Part shown: in pieces, positions 33,644 to 34,397 of the stretch
Layout: each line of letters opens with the position of its first letter
Position numbering within the stretch: the stretch's first letter is position 1
Assembly (NCBI GenBank): GCA_963638955.1
Contig: CAVHTL010000003.1
Coordinates: 6,310 to 40,706, forward strand
Reading direction: 5' to 3'
From: a bacterium
GTDB lineage: Bacteria; Bacillota_I; Bacilli_A; RFN20; CAG-826
Length of the DNA stretch: 34,397 nt
Made by a program: the position numbers and the translations under genes
Notes under the pieces: generated by a model
Seen by the model: the letters and a program-made list of their open reading frames with translations, nothing else
Databases searched by the model: none
Told to the model about the DNA's origin: nothing

Positions 33644-34397
33644 TCAAAGGAACAGATCATCGATGGTAAGGATGTTTTGAAAAATGGAGCTGTATTCGTT
33701 TTTGTTTACGCCAAAAGCGGTGATAAGGGTATTGTGCACCGCCGTTTTCTTAGAAATGAACTTCCTTATTTCCTCGTCTCTCTCGAGCACCTTCAAATAA
33801 AGATTCTTATCGACGGAAAATGTTTTTCCATAGAATTTGATTTCGCATACATTCACGACATTGTCATTTCTATCGATGATGAGGTCGATTTGGCCTGACC
33901 CGTCTTCGTTATTGTAGTCCCACGAGGAATTCCTGCTTATAACGCTCCCTACCCCTAAAGCCTTTTTGATTTCATCGACGTGATTTAGGCAAACATTCTC
34001 AAAAGCCAAGCCTCTCCAAGAGGAAAGCTCTTGGTTTGCGATGCCTTTGCTCCAAAAGTAAGGGTCTCTGCTTTGATTATGGCAAAAACGCAAATAGAAT
34101 AGGCAGAAGGGGTCGATTAGACGATAAAAGGGTATCTTGCTTTTGCTTCCAAACGGTATGTATTTCTCGATGAAATCGCTTGAGAGCAAGGCATTGATGG
34201 CTTTTGTGAGATTTCCGCCATCGCTTATGAGGAGTTTGGCGGCGATTTCTTTACGCGTGAAGCCTTTTCGTTTTTCCGACAATAGATGCACGATTTTCTC
34301 CGCAAAATCCCCGTTTTCAAAGCTCGAAAGGAAAAGTCTGTCGAACTCAAGCTTCAAATGGGCGTTTTTGCTGAAAAAGAGCTCGTCGATGTTGAGA
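33644..34397 (-). CDS. COG1672-type AAA ATPase, C-terminal part (wHTH plus DUF234/PD-(D/E)xK-like module); 5' end outside window
   Basis: The reading frame stays open to the window edge (LNIDELFFSKNAHLKLEF...). GFTRKEIA...GGNLTKAINAL wHTH-like region, then GQIDLIIDRNDNVVNVCEIKF and terminal TIDDLF, typical of this ATPase family's C-terminus. Confidence 0.65.
   Translation of the reverse strand, partial: LNIDELFFSKNAHLKLEFDRLFLSSFENGDFAEKIVHLLSEKRKGFTRKEIAAKLLISDGGNLTKAINALLSSDFIEKYIPFGSKSKIPFYRLIDPFCLFYLRFCHNQSRDPYFWSKGIANQELSSWRGLAFENVCLNHVDEIKKALGVGSVISRNSSWDYNNEDGSGQIDLIIDRNDNVVNVCEIKFYGKTFSVDKNLYLKVLERDEEIRKFISKKTAVHNTLITAFGVNKNEYSSIFQNILTIDDLFL

Noticed and set aside
33466-33898. Two overlapping plus-strand ORFs (67 and 122 aa)
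   Set aside because: The larger one is antisense to the well-supported C-terminus of the ATPase gene. Neither has an RBS.
1-34397. CRISPR arrays, rRNA genes, prophage or toxin-antitoxin/defence gene pairs
   Set aside because: I looked for regularly spaced direct repeats and for small adjacent gene pairs and found none. The only ATPase with a nuclease-like tail (33644-34397) is truncated by the window and has no visible partner gene.
1-34397. TGA read as Trp (Mycoplasma genetic code 4)
   Set aside because: All long ORFs are intact under the standard code, and several end at TGA, so there is no evidence for reassignment.

Overview
This looks like a chromosomal window from a Bacillota-type genome that uses the standard genetic code (TGA terminates several long ORFs; Trp is TGG). 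The left third is housekeeping and salvage: the 3' end of rpsI, three tRNAs (Ile-GAT, Val-CAC, Thr-TGT), a uracil permease-upp operon behind a structured leader that contains a terminator, an NCS2 purine permease behind a purine-riboswitch-like aptamer, an alpha/beta hydrolase, and pflA-pflB. The middle ~13 kb is one tightly coupled minus-strand operon: acidic lipoprotein, OppA, OppB, OppC, OppD, OppF, a small membrane protein, then an HExxH lipoprotein metalloprotease. OppA, OppC, OppD and OppF carry large insertions (Mollicutes-like; OppB is ordinary size), and a paralogous metalloprotease lipoprotein is transcribed divergently. The most unusual element is a three-gene cassette at 25.4-28.0 kb laid out like tapA-sipW-tasA. 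A SipW-type (ER/archaeal-type) signal peptidase is flanked by two secreted proteins that share a TasA/CalY-like N-terminus but carry aromatic, starch-binding-like modules. To the right are an IS1634/IS4-type insertion sequence bracketed by a 12-bp direct repeat, an RsmB/F-type m5C methyltransferase, a nucleoside phosphorylase, PlsC, and the C-terminal part of a COG1672-type ATPase that runs off the window. I saw no CRISPR array, rRNA gene or phage structural genes. All family calls come from motif recognition by eye and need HMM or BLAST confirmation.
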